32,000 nt of DNA from Candidatus Helarchaeota archaeon (GCA_019058315.1 JAHPZH010000009.1:108505-140504); one strand, 5' to 3'. Shown: positions 1 through 9,439, numbered from the stretch's first letter. A program made the numbers and translations. Notes: generated by a model from the sequence alone, not told the origin.

Positions 1-123
1 TTCCATCAAAATTTCCATAGCTTCTATATAGTATCGACTTGCTTCATCATAATTCTCGTCATTATCGAGATCAACAGCTTTTTTTGCTTTGCTAATACCC
101 ATCTTAAAAGTTCTCATAGACAT
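1..123 (-). CDS. vps4: Vps4-like AAA ATPase, N-terminal MIT domain only (partial; the gene continues off the left edge)
   Basis: My own translation of the minus strand from the ATG at 123..121 gives MSMRTFKMGISKAKKAVDLDNDENYDEASRYYIEAMEILME. The frame stays open to position 1. The motif KA(V/I)DLD...Y(D/E)EA..YY......L matches the first two helices of the Vps4 MIT domain. The gene lies immediately downstream of two co-oriented ESCRT-III genes. It is not in the supplied ORF track because it is truncated. Confidence 0.6.
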   Translation of the reverse strand, partial: MSMRTFKMGISKAKKAVDLDNDENYDEASRYYIEAMEILME

Positions 124-207
124 TAGGATTACACAATATATTTTTTTATTTCATTTAATTCCAAAATCAAAATATTGATAATTTCATAAGGAAGATCTAT
201 TTGATAG

Positions 208-825
208 TTACAATTTTTCTTCTTTCAATTTTTTTATTTCTTTTTCTAGTTCGATCATCTTCTCTGAAGGAGGTAGTAATGATTTTTTAGCTTCTGTTTC
301 TATTTCTGCATCTAGTTGTTCCATGCCCTCTTTAATGTCATATTCAGTTACTTGAAGACTCGTTTGGGTACCTTCTTCAACTCCATCTTGGATATATTCT
401 CCTGTTAAGTCGAATTGTTGCAAATTTCTTTGTAGATCTGCCATCATCTCTCCTAGTTTCGGAATTTCTACATTTTTTAATAGACTTTTCAAACTGCGTT
501 GTACAGAGGATAAGTTCTTCGCTATTTCAACATGACTTTTAGCCATCTTAATCTGATGGACTAAACCTTCAATATTCAATCTATATGTGTCTACAGCAAT
601 AGCCCATTTTTGAAATCGTAATCTATGTTGCATGTAAAGCTGAGCTCCCTGATTATTTCCTTCTAAACGATATTTTTTCGCTCTTTTATATTGAGCTTTA
701 GATTCCTTTTCTAATTGTTTTCTTTGATACATCAAATTTCGGTTAAAAAGTTCTAGGTTATTAAGCAATTTATTATAATTATCGCTTTTTCTCACCCACC
801 TAAAAAAGTCTTCAAGAACGCCCAT
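208..825 (-). CDS. ESCRT-III protein, Vps2/24/46 (CHMP1-3) class, paralog A
   Basis: 205 aa. It has a basic N-terminal helical hairpin (RNLMYQRKQLEKESKAQYKRAKKYRLEGNNQGAQLYMQHRLRFQK) colinear with CHMP2-type alpha1-alpha2. The central part is IPKLGEMMADLQRNLQQFDL, and the C-terminus is acidic. It ends in an amphipathic helix, ELEKEIKKLK, with MIM1-like hydrophobic spacing. Only a 16-nt gap separates it from its paralog. Confidence 0.8.
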   Translation of the reverse strand: MGVLEDFFRWVRKSDNYNKLLNNLELFNRNLMYQRKQLEKESKAQYKRAKKYRLEGNNQGAQLYMQHRLRFQKWAIAVDTYRLNIEGLVHQIKMAKSHVEIAKNLSSVQRSLKSLLKNVEIPKLGEMMADLQRNLQQFDLTGEYIQDGVEEGTQTSLQVTEYDIKEGMEQLDAEIETEAKKSLLPPSEKMIELEKEIKKLKEEKL

Positions 826-841
826 CGACTCACCGGTAATT

Positions 842-1459
842 TCAATCTTTACCTTGTTTTAATTTTTTAATTTCATCTTCTAATTCTGAAATTTTTCCTG
901 AGGGTGTTTTTAATATTTGACCAGTTTCTACTCCAATTTCAGCGTCTAATTCTGTCATTGCTTCGTTTATTTCCGCATCAGTTACTTGTGTGCTTACTTG
1001 AGTTCCTTCTTGTATACTTTCATCAATAAATTCACCAGCTAGATCGAATTGTTGGAACATCGAATTGACATCATTCATAATTTCTGAGAGTTTTGGTAAT
1101 TGTATTGCACCTGCCATGGACCTGAGAGTCCTTTGAATTACAGCTAACGTTCTAGCCATCTCATGATGGGATTGTGCCATGCGAAGTTGATGAAGTAGGC
1201 CTTCTATATTTAGTCTATAGGTATCAACAGCAAATGCCCATTTTTGAAATCTTAAACGATGTTCCATATATAATCTAGCTGCTTGATTGTTTCCCTCTAG
1301 CCTATACCTCTTAGCCGTCCTAAAGTTATCTCTGGATTGTTTTTCCAAATGTTTTCTTTGAAAGGTCAAATTACGGTTAAAAACATCTATTTTTGTTATT
1401 ACTTTTTGCAGATTCTTGCCTTTTCTTAACCAACTAATAAATTTTTCTAATACTCCCAT
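842..1459 (-). CDS. ESCRT-III protein, Vps2/24/46 (CHMP1-3) class, paralog B
   Basis: 205 aa, the same length as the 208..825 product and colinear with it. Identity is a little over half by eye. Shared blocks include RLEGNNQ, HRLRFQKWA.AVDTYRLNIEGL.HQ, QQFDL.GE, LDAEI and ELE.EIKKLK. Confidence 0.8.
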   Translation of the reverse strand: MGVLEKFISWLRKGKNLQKVITKIDVFNRNLTFQRKHLEKQSRDNFRTAKRYRLEGNNQAARLYMEHRLRFQKWAFAVDTYRLNIEGLLHQLRMAQSHHEMARTLAVIQRTLRSMAGAIQLPKLSEIMNDVNSMFQQFDLAGEFIDESIQEGTQVSTQVTDAEINEAMTELDAEIGVETGQILKTPSGKISELEDEIKKLKQGKD

Positions 1460-1661
1460 GAAGATTTATCTCCAGGATTCTATTTTTTTTTTTAATAAAG
1501 CAAATTAGTGGATTTTTAATTTTCACCATAATTAAATTTTGTACAAATTTTGCTTAATATAAATAATTAAACACAGTTTAATTAATTATGCTTTGAGGTT
1601 GATTTTCTAATTAAAGTCAAATTTGATAATACAAATTTATTAAATATAATATTAGAAGTTA

Positions 1662-3137
1662 TTAATAACGTCCTCGTTTTTTAGATTCTGCTATTGCCTC
1701 CTCAGCTATTCTTATGGCTTTATCTTTCTCCTCTTTTGTAATTAATAGCTCTTTTTCTAGTTCTTTGTTTTCTATTTTAAGTTGTTTAATAATTAATTCA
1801 AGTTCTTGGATTTTTGCCTGAAAAGCTTTAATTTCAGTTGTTTTATCAGAATCAGTTAAAAGTAATGAATCAAAAAGTTCCTTAGCTTCTTCAATTTGAG
1901 TCCTTGATCGTCCTTCACTAAGTCGTTTTCTCCTAGCTTCCATAGTTTCTTTTAATTCGTCGCTTACAAAATCTAGGGGATTAAATCCAGAACCTCCATG
2001 TAATGTTTCTCGTATTCGGATTTTTAAAATAAGGGGGGCTCTCTTAATTACATCTCCGGTAATAATCGCCTCACCAGGTTCTAATCGGGAAATATCTTCA
2101 TTCCAATCAGATGATAATCCCTCAGAACTCTTGATTGTAATATCAATATCTCTAATATCAGTTAATTGATGAATAATCCAAGTACCAGCTTGAGCACGAA
2201 CAGTTGTATCGAGTAATTGAGGTTTTTGAGTAACAATTACTAAATTTGCACCAAATTTTCTTCCTTCTTGAGCAAGTAATTTGACTGTTTCCCTAACTTT
2301 TGTTTTTTTCTTAGACGCAAAAAGATGGGCTTCATCTAATATACAGTAAAAAGGTTGAATTTCTCCATCTACAGATGCATCATATAATTTCATTAATATT
2401 TTGTGGGTCAAAGCTTCCTGAACTTCTAAATCCAAACCGCGTAGATTTACAATTGTACATTGTTGAGATGAGATTAAATCCTTCGCTGAGCTTGTCATAA
2501 GAAATTCTATGGGTACATCTCCCCCGGGATTTATATCCAAATCCGTAAATTCAATTATTTGTTCAGCATATGATTTCGGTTCGACATGAAATTCTTTAGA
2601 ACTATCGGAATTTTCAACTTTAAGGCTCGAATATTCTCCATGACGATCAAAAATTATTACTGGAATCCCCTTTTTCAAAAATTCCTCTATAAAAACCCCA
2701 ACTGTATACGATTTTCCAGAACCACTCTTACCAGTAATAAAAACTCGTCCAAATTTGGCTAAAGGAAGTAAGACATCATATGGATATCCTCTTAATTTCC
2801 CAAAATATACTCCCTTTTCTTCTGGTGTAAATATTCCTAAAGTCTCCCTTATCAATTCTTCAGTTGCTTTATAAACGACTTCTTTAGGTTTAAATGGTGT
2901 CTTTGGTATACTACCTACAACTTCGGCAACACCATAAATAAAACTTTTTTCATTCCAAATTTCTTTAATAATTAATAAATAGAACTTCTCTCCATGCTTT
3001 GCTTGAATATAATCATTTCTTCCTATTTTTGGATTTGTAATATCAATGTTTACAGTATGAGCATATGTTTTACCCTCGATAGTTCCAATTTGTTCTAAAT
3101 TTTCAGTTTCCATTTTAAACCCTATATTGATCAACAT
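1662..3137 (-). CDS. HerA/FtsK-superfamily (DUF87-type) ATPase with a C-terminal coiled-coil extension
   Basis: 491 aa. The N-terminus looks like a HAS barrel. Walker A is GKSGSGKSYT and Walker B is CILDEAHLF. A HerA-typical block, EGRKFGANLVIVTQKPQLLDTTVRAQAGTWIIHQL, and GEAIITG....P..LKIRIRETLHGG are present. The last roughly 110 residues are heptad-like and charged (IKAFQAKIQELELIIKQLKIENKELEKELLITKEEKDKA). Confidence 0.8.
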   Translation of the reverse strand: MLINIGFKMETENLEQIGTIEGKTYAHTVNIDITNPKIGRNDYIQAKHGEKFYLLIIKEIWNEKSFIYGVAEVVGSIPKTPFKPKEVVYKATEELIRETLGIFTPEEKGVYFGKLRGYPYDVLLPLAKFGRVFITGKSGSGKSYTVGVFIEEFLKKGIPVIIFDRHGEYSSLKVENSDSSKEFHVEPKSYAEQIIEFTDLDINPGGDVPIEFLMTSSAKDLISSQQCTIVNLRGLDLEVQEALTHKILMKLYDASVDGEIQPFYCILDEAHLFASKKKTKVRETVKLLAQEGRKFGANLVIVTQKPQLLDTTVRAQAGTWIIHQLTDIRDIDITIKSSEGLSSDWNEDISRLEPGEAIITGDVIKRAPLILKIRIRETLHGGSGFNPLDFVSDELKETMEARRKRLSEGRSRTQIEEAKELFDSLLLTDSDKTTEIKAFQAKIQELELIIKQLKIENKELEKELLITKEEKDKAIRIAEEAIAESKKRGRY

Positions 3138-3409
3138 TAATATGATAAAACAGCATTAAGTATTCAGTAATCTAATATTTAAAATTTTAATGAAAGCGGA
3201 AAATGAATAAAAATAATTACAGAAATAATCTCTATTTATTTTAATAAAGAAAAATAATTGCAAAAATGAAAAAGAAATATTTAATTTTTTGGATAGAATG
3301 CCTAGATATGTAATTTTTTAAATATCGGTTTTGATATAATAGGATTGAGAACTAAAATTTAAAAAAAAGAAACATGACTAGGAAATTAAATTAAGAGGAT
3401 TTGAACGAA

Positions 3410-4033
3410 ATGGGATTTTTTAAGAAATTATTCCCCAAAAAGCAAGTAGAAAAAAGAGATCAAATTATATCTCAAATTCGGCAAAGTATGAACCAAATGA
3501 ATTTAAGATCTCGAAAATTTGCCAATCAAGCTGATTTAAATAAAGCTAAAGCAAGAAAATATATTAAAACAAACAAAGCTCTAGCAAAACAATATCTTGC
3601 AAGATATCAAAAAAGTCAAAAACTTCAAAAACGCTATGATACATATATTGCCAAATTGGAAGACAGAATTTTTGCATTAGAACAAGCCGAAGATATCAAA
3701 GCAATGACGGATGCTATGAAAGGGGCAACTGTCGCATTAAAGCAAGCCAGTGTGTTAATTAACCCACAAACAGCAATGGAACTTTCTGTGGAATCTCAAC
3801 AAGCTATGGCTGACATTGATAGAGCAGGAGAGATATTCGCCGAAGAAGAGGATTTAAATTTAGATGAAGAAGAACTGGACGCAGCCCTCGAAGAATTAGA
3901 AGCAGAGGCACTATTAGGGGAAATTGAAGAATTACCGGAAGTACCAGCCGATACTATTCGACAACCTGAAAAATCTAAAGTTAAAAAACAACTTGAAGAA
4001 TTAAGAGAATCCATTGATTCAGATATAGATTAA
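3410..4033 (+). CDS. ESCRT-III protein, Snf7 / Vps20-32-60 (CHMP4-7) class
   Basis: The track ORF 3401..4033 starts at TTG. I prefer the ATG at 3410 (MGFFKKLFPKK), which has AAGAGGA about 10 nt upstream. The sequence is Snf7-like: AKQYLARYQKSQKLQKRYDTYIAKLEDRIFALEQAEDIKAMTDAMKGATVALKQA. The tail is highly acidic (EEEDLNLDEEELDAALEELEAEALL). It is transcribed divergently from the HerA-like gene. Confidence 0.8.
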   Translation: MGFFKKLFPKKQVEKRDQIISQIRQSMNQMNLRSRKFANQADLNKAKARKYIKTNKALAKQYLARYQKSQKLQKRYDTYIAKLEDRIFALEQAEDIKAMTDAMKGATVALKQASVLINPQTAMELSVESQQAMADIDRAGEIFAEEEDLNLDEEELDAALEELEAEALLGEIEELPEVPADTIRQPEKSKVKKQLEELRESIDSDID

Positions 4034-4050
4034 AAATAAAATTAAATACT

Positions 4051-4287
4051 TTAGGCCGCCCAAGGTAAATCAGGAGTTTCTGGAGTAGGTGCAGCTGGTG
4101 TCGGAATAATAGCAAGCATAACAATAACACCTACTATTAATAATAATGTAACAATAATAACAGAATAAGGACCTACTTTTACTCCCCAACTCTCCTCTTG
4201 AAAAAATCGTATTAAACCAGCACCTGCAAAAGGCATCGGTCCTTCACGGGATCTACGTTTTTGGCGTCTACCTGGCTTTTTTGACAT
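4051..4287 (-). CDS. secG: Preprotein translocase subunit Sec61-beta / archaeal SecG
   Basis: 78 aa. It has a basic N-terminus, the conserved AGAGLIRFFQEE motif and one C-terminal TM helix (VIIVTLLLIVGVIVMLAII). A short Pro/Thr-rich tail follows the TM helix. Confidence 0.7.
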   Translation of the reverse strand: MSKKPGRRQKRRSREGPMPFAGAGLIRFFQEESWGVKVGPYSVIIVTLLLIVGVIVMLAIIPTPAAPTPETPDLPWAA

Positions 4288-4378
4288 CTTATTTCAAACT
4301 TTTTAATTTTTAATAAATTAATTAATATAATTTAATTTTCTTTTATAAAAGTTAATAACAATCAGAGGAAACATAAAA

Positions 4379-4666
4379 ATGAAAATATCCGAATTTCAAC
4401 AATTGATGAAGGATCTATATTTTGAACGAGATAAAAAAAGAGGAGTTTCAAAAACCTTTTGTTGGTTGGTTGAAGAAATTGGAGAACTAGCCAAGAGTAT
4501 AAATAAGAAAAATCTTGATGTTGCTCAAGAATTTGCTGATGTTTTAGCATGGTTATGTTCTGTAGCAAATTTATTTGAGATTGATCTAGAGAAAGTAGCT
4601 ATAGACAAATATAATTATTTTTGCCCAAAATGTAAAAAAAATCCTTGTAAGTGTGAATTTGATTAA
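4379..4666 (+). CDS. MazG-like nucleotide pyrophosphohydrolase (small all-alpha NTP-PPase) with a C-terminal Cys cluster
   Basis: 95 aa. The LVEEIGELA...EFADVLAWL pattern is typical of the MazG EExxE / metal-binding helices. The C-terminus has CPKCKKNPCKC. Confidence 0.65.
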   Translation: MKISEFQQLMKDLYFERDKKRGVSKTFCWLVEEIGELAKSINKKNLDVAQEFADVLAWLCSVANLFEIDLEKVAIDKYNYFCPKCKKNPCKCEFD

Positions 4667-4849
4667 TTTATTATGAGTAAATAAACAACTTCATGTTTAA
4701 ACAATATATTCTTTTATAGTTCAATGAAAAAATAATTAAATTATATAATAATTTGAATTTTAAAACTTGAATTTTTAATGAAAATAGTGAAAAGAAATAT
4801 TAATCAATAACTCAAATCTTACTTAATTTACTCTGGAGTAACGATATTA

Positions 4850-5689
4850 ATGAAAGTAGAGGAAATTATGAAAAAGGAAGTAATTTCAGTAGAAGTTCCG
4901 AATTCTAGAGCTAACCTCATGGAATTATTTGAAAAACATAATTTAAAATCATTACCAGTACTAAAAAAAGGCACGAATAATTTAGTTGGAGTAGTAACAC
5001 AAGCAGATCTCATTAAAAATCCTTCCGAAGATCAACTTGCCTTATTGATGACTAGGAATCCAATTACCGTTTCTGCTAAAGATGATATTAAAAATGCTGT
5101 AAAATTAATAATAAATAACAATCTTAGACGTTTACCGGTTACAGACAACGATAAAAGTTTAAAAGGAATGTTATCGATAACAGATATTATTTCAAAAGGT
5201 ATCTCAAAGTTAGGTATTCAAAAGACTATAAAGGATTATATTTTAAGGACTTTTACTTCAATTTGGGAAGGAACTCCACTTCCAATAGTACCTCATATTA
5301 TGAGGTTAGCCAAAAAACAGGCTCTTCTTGTTTTAAATGATAAAGGTAATTTATCAGGAATAATATCACAAGAAGATCTTATTAAAGCAAGTGAAATTGT
5401 GTCTGAAAATACAAAATCAAATATTTCTGCTGAATCTGAAGGTGATTTTAGTTGGGATGCTTCCTCTACACTTCTTATAACTCAACATAAATTAAAATTA
5501 CCAAATGATAAACTAATTAAAGATGTAATGGAAAAAAAATTAATCACTGCAATTGAATCTACTAGTATTAAAGAATGCGCTGATAAAATGCGTAAATATA
5601 ATATAAGCCAATTACCGGTTTTAGATGCTCGTGGGGAATTAATTGGATTAATAACCGATAATAGTTTGTTAAAAGCACTTTATGAATAA
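4850..5689 (+). CDS. CBS-domain protein (two CBS pairs)
   Basis: 279 aa. CBS-like units repeat: V..IM...VISV, LPVL...N.LVGVVTQADLI, RRLPV.D......GMLSITDII and ISQLPVLDARGELIGLITDNSLLKAL. Confidence 0.75.
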   Translation: MKVEEIMKKEVISVEVPNSRANLMELFEKHNLKSLPVLKKGTNNLVGVVTQADLIKNPSEDQLALLMTRNPITVSAKDDIKNAVKLIINNNLRRLPVTDNDKSLKGMLSITDIISKGISKLGIQKTIKDYILRTFTSIWEGTPLPIVPHIMRLAKKQALLVLNDKGNLSGIISQEDLIKASEIVSENTKSNISAESEGDFSWDASSTLLITQHKLKLPNDKLIKDVMEKKLITAIESTSIKECADKMRKYNISQLPVLDARGELIGLITDNSLLKALYE

Positions 5690-5698
5690 AATTACTTA

Positions 5699-8600
5699 TT
5701 ACTTAGCAAATTGCATGATATTTGTCTGATGCCCTTTATCTTTACTACTTTCAAATATTGAATTTATGTATTCTTCAGCTAATTCTAATCTTTGTTTTAA
5801 ATAATTATCTAATTCATACTTTTTTGCAATATCAATCGCAATTTGTAAATATTTTATAATTCCACCTTTTGTAACAGTAAGAATTAATTTACCATTACAT
5901 GGTTTATCCCTAATTTTATTTCTACAATTACCAGAAAGCGGAATACGCCGATAAGTTTTATTACATTTTGGACAACGATAGGATTGATTGGCAAAAGCCC
6001 GTAAATTTCCAATAATATCACGTAAAAAATGTTTTTCAATTATACGTTTAGCTGCATCTTTTACGTCAACTGCTCGAATTTTTTTTGCTATATCTAATTG
6101 AGCTTCGACTTTTTCCTTCATTGATTTTAATTTTTTATATTTAGTCTCTTTAGGCCCAAAATTGATATTTGTAGTATAATGACTGAATTTAAAACCTTCA
6201 TATTGCAAAGATGAACCACGTCTCTTATCTACAATATCAATTATATTTCGAACGTCTTTAGGACTTGGAAAATTAATAGTAGAATCATAAAATAAGAGTG
6301 GTAATTTCTCTGCTACCTCCATATTATAAACTTCATCATCAATCTCATCAGGGTTAATTGTGAGGGTGAGAATTAAAGGAGCATCCATTACCCCTCCACG
6401 AGTAGCTGGTAAATAATCGATAGAGAAATTAAGAAGTGCATCAAGAGCTAAAATAATTGCATCTTCATCACTATCACAGTTTCTCCTTTTTCCAGCATGC
6501 CAATAAGGGTGAGCAAAGAGAACATTTGATTCTGTAAATCCTATAATTCTCCCAACAACTCCTGCTGAAATATGTGGTGCTAATCCTATTACAATATGTC
6601 CTAAAAGCCCTTTAATATTTTTTAAATTGTAAAATTTCGGTAAATTGTAGACTTTTTCAAGCAAATCGTCAATGAATTTTGAAACTTTTAAAAGATACTC
6701 AGCACTGTTATAGGAGATTACAATATCTTGTACTCTTAATTCAACAATTTGGTTTTCACTAGTAAGTTCAAAACCTTTATAATCTGATGTATAACCTAAT
6801 CTTTTTAATTCTTTTAAGTCGATACCAATTTCGAATGGTTTAAAATGGGTCAAAGGGGCGTCAGTAGCATCATATCTACAAGTACCATCTCTAAATACAA
6901 AGGTATTGTTTTTAGCCCTCAATATTCCTTTTTCTAAAAGTTCAGGTGTTTTATCTTTACTTATTAAACCTATAACACATTTTACTTTTTCAGGTGCTAA
7001 TTCTTTTAATGATTTAAGTTTTTTACTTAGCAGTTTATTTAAATTTATATGTTTTTTGGTAGAGAATTTAGCTTGTGCTCCGCAACACTTACATATACCA
7101 TCATCAATTTCAATATTACATTTCGAACATATCATAACCTTTGAAGTTCGAACTTTACAACGAGGACATAGATTTTCATAAGTGATTTCATTACATTTAG
7201 TGCATTTTTTCGTAACTATATCAACAAACGGCTCTTTTCTATTGAAAGCAGCTTTAATCAGGTCTCTTTGAGTTCCGCCTGTTCTTCCTATAGGAAAAAG
7301 ACTATGAACTGGAGGATTCATTTTTCTTTCTTTGGATTTTTCAGGACGTCCCATACGTGCTCCAATATAATATGGAGCTTTAATTTTAACTTTAATATTA
7401 GAAATTGATTCTATAATCTTCAAACAATTGTCTTCTATAAGATCGGGTTGAATATCAATACTTTTATTATCTAATTGTAAGAGTTCTTTTAAAATTAATG
7501 AATTTTCAGTAAAAATAATTTTATTTTCTTTTACTTCATGTGGTATTTCAATTTTCTCGAGAATATTTTTAGCATTTTCATCATATTCATGAATTATATA
7601 ATTGGATGCAGGTCTATTTTGAGAGTTTGATTCTATTAACCAATTACGTAAAAACACGAATTCATCCTTTGATATATCATTCCAGCAATAATTATATGTC
7701 GGATGTAAAGAAATATCCAGATTTTTAGAGATTTTGATAGCTTCTTTTTGTGTAGGTTTAAAATTTAAAGGTTTTTGGATGAATTTTTCCAATTTTTCAT
7801 TATTAATATTCAACATTTTGCTTACTGAATTCAAACTAGGGAATTTTTTAGTTACAGATTTTAATTCTTCAGCCCACCATTCCTCACAATCCGCAGAAGG
7901 TAAAATAACATGATCATTTTCTAAAAATTCTCCAAAAGCAATTAGACAATCCCCTTGAGAAATAATTTCTTTAATTGATGATTTTAATTTTTTTGCTTCT
8001 TCTATTGAATTTATTCTTTTAACACTTCCATTTTTTAATTTAACAAGAGGTCCCTCTATAGAGTCTACAGGCATAACAATAGAGCCTTTTCCAGGTCTTT
8101 CAGTTATAAACTGTGTACCATTCGCAATAAAACTATCTGTCCCAATAATCATTGTAGCAGGATTTAATCCAACAGCAGCTAAACCAGTATTTCTTGATCT
8201 TCCATATCGTAATCTAAATCCTCCTTTACGAGAAGGATATGCAAGAATTGGTCGTCCTGCAATAACATCCGCTAAAAATTTTGTTTTTGGTTTTATATCC
8301 ATTTCTTTTTCTTTGACTTTTTGTTTCTGAGTAACCAATTTATCAATCCATTCCCAGCCTTCAATCTTCGACTTCGAAATTATTCGTTTTAATTTATGAG
8401 CTTTTCCTAATAATCCGTCATTAAAAACTAATACAGCACCACCTCTTACTCTATTGGTCTCTATTCGAGGAAGGTCTCTATGGCCTGTAACTTCTTCCTT
8501 TTGTGTTGGTTCTCCTGTAATTTCAATTGGAATATGTGTAGCAGCATATTTAATATCATCCGGTTTGGAAGGAAATTGAAGGCTCATAATATCCTTATAT

Positions 8601-9220
8601 AAATTAATTTCCTCTAAATAACGCTCGACTTCCCTTTCTGTGGTTTTATATCTGCTTAAATGTAAGATTTTACGAACAATATCACCAATTAAAATGGTAA
8701 GTGCTGTTTCAGTACCTCCAGCAGAACGAATTGGACCCGAGAAATAAATAGCTAAATATTCAGTTTTATCAAGATTTTGCTTAATCTTCACACTTGCAAT
8801 ACCATCGATAGGAGCTGCTGTTATTCCTTCAGTTAAGATTCCAAGTGCTGTTCTAACCGCTTGATCAGCCCTTCTTTGCTTAGTCTCTAATCCAAATTCA
8901 CCCGAAGCAATTTCTTCGGCAATTTTAAAAGCAATTTTTTCATGGTCTAATTTATTATTAATTAATTCACGAATTCTAGTTGCCACATTTTGAGGACCTA
9001 TCAATTTTTCAACTCGAGATGCCACATCAGTCGCCCAAGGGATTTCTACTGCATTTGAAGGGTCATATCCTTTACCCCTTGCCCGATTTGCGACATTATA
9101 TAATTTTTCAATTTCTGAAATTAAATTGATAAAATAATCTTTGATATTATTACTCATATTATTTTGGTTTAAATCATGCGAATTCTTGCTTTCTAGAGAA
9201 CCTTCTTCAGAAATTATCAT
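5699..9220 (-). CDS. polC: DNA polymerase II (PolD) large subunit DP2
   Basis: 1173 aa. Conserved DP2 blocks include ARGKGYDPSNAVEIPWATDVASRVEKLIGP, GPIRSAGGTETA, RYGRSRNTGLAAVG, GARMGRPEKSKERKM, multiple Cys4 zinc modules, HPYWHAGKRRNCDSDEDA and GGVMDAPL. I saw no intein-like insertion. Confidence 0.95.
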   Translation of the reverse strand: MIISEEGSLESKNSHDLNQNNMSNNIKDYFINLISEIEKLYNVANRARGKGYDPSNAVEIPWATDVASRVEKLIGPQNVATRIRELINNKLDHEKIAFKIAEEIASGEFGLETKQRRADQAVRTALGILTEGITAAPIDGIASVKIKQNLDKTEYLAIYFSGPIRSAGGTETALTILIGDIVRKILHLSRYKTTEREVERYLEEINLYKDIMSLQFPSKPDDIKYAATHIPIEITGEPTQKEEVTGHRDLPRIETNRVRGGAVLVFNDGLLGKAHKLKRIISKSKIEGWEWIDKLVTQKQKVKEKEMDIKPKTKFLADVIAGRPILAYPSRKGGFRLRYGRSRNTGLAAVGLNPATMIIGTDSFIANGTQFITERPGKGSIVMPVDSIEGPLVKLKNGSVKRINSIEEAKKLKSSIKEIISQGDCLIAFGEFLENDHVILPSADCEEWWAEELKSVTKKFPSLNSVSKMLNINNEKLEKFIQKPLNFKPTQKEAIKISKNLDISLHPTYNYCWNDISKDEFVFLRNWLIESNSQNRPASNYIIHEYDENAKNILEKIEIPHEVKENKIIFTENSLILKELLQLDNKSIDIQPDLIEDNCLKIIESISNIKVKIKAPYYIGARMGRPEKSKERKMNPPVHSLFPIGRTGGTQRDLIKAAFNRKEPFVDIVTKKCTKCNEITYENLCPRCKVRTSKVMICSKCNIEIDDGICKCCGAQAKFSTKKHINLNKLLSKKLKSLKELAPEKVKCVIGLISKDKTPELLEKGILRAKNNTFVFRDGTCRYDATDAPLTHFKPFEIGIDLKELKRLGYTSDYKGFELTSENQIVELRVQDIVISYNSAEYLLKVSKFIDDLLEKVYNLPKFYNLKNIKGLLGHIVIGLAPHISAGVVGRIIGFTESNVLFAHPYWHAGKRRNCDSDEDAIILALDALLNFSIDYLPATRGGVMDAPLILTLTINPDEIDDEVYNMEVAEKLPLLFYDSTINFPSPKDVRNIIDIVDKRRGSSLQYEGFKFSHYTTNINFGPKETKYKKLKSMKEKVEAQLDIAKKIRAVDVKDAAKRIIEKHFLRDIIGNLRAFANQSYRCPKCNKTYRRIPLSGNCRNKIRDKPCNGKLILTVTKGGIIKYLQIAIDIAKKYELDNYLKQRLELAEEYINSIFESSKDKGHQTNIMQFAK

Positions 9221-9439
9221 ACAAATACTTTATATTTTCTTAGAAATATAAAATAATTTTTAAAAAATAACACTATATTCAAATAAATAAATTATTAAAT
9301 TATTATCTTTTCGAAAATTGATTGAATTTCAATTTTTAACTTATTTTATATCCGACAAAAATAATCATCTTTAATAATATTCTATAATTCTTATTTTTTA
9401 ACTCGAACCAGAAAAGTAAAATTAATTATTATTAAAATA

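Noticed and set aside
1662-3137. The HerA-like ATPase as part of the canonical HerA-NurA-Mre11-Rad50 DNA end-resection operon
   Set aside because: No NurA, Mre11 or Rad50 gene is adjacent on either side. The neighbours are ESCRT-III genes.
3796-4014. A 72-aa Ser-rich ORF antisense to the Snf7-class gene
   Set aside because: Its low-complexity composition mirrors the acidic Glu/Leu-rich tail on the opposite strand. It is a shadow ORF with no start context.
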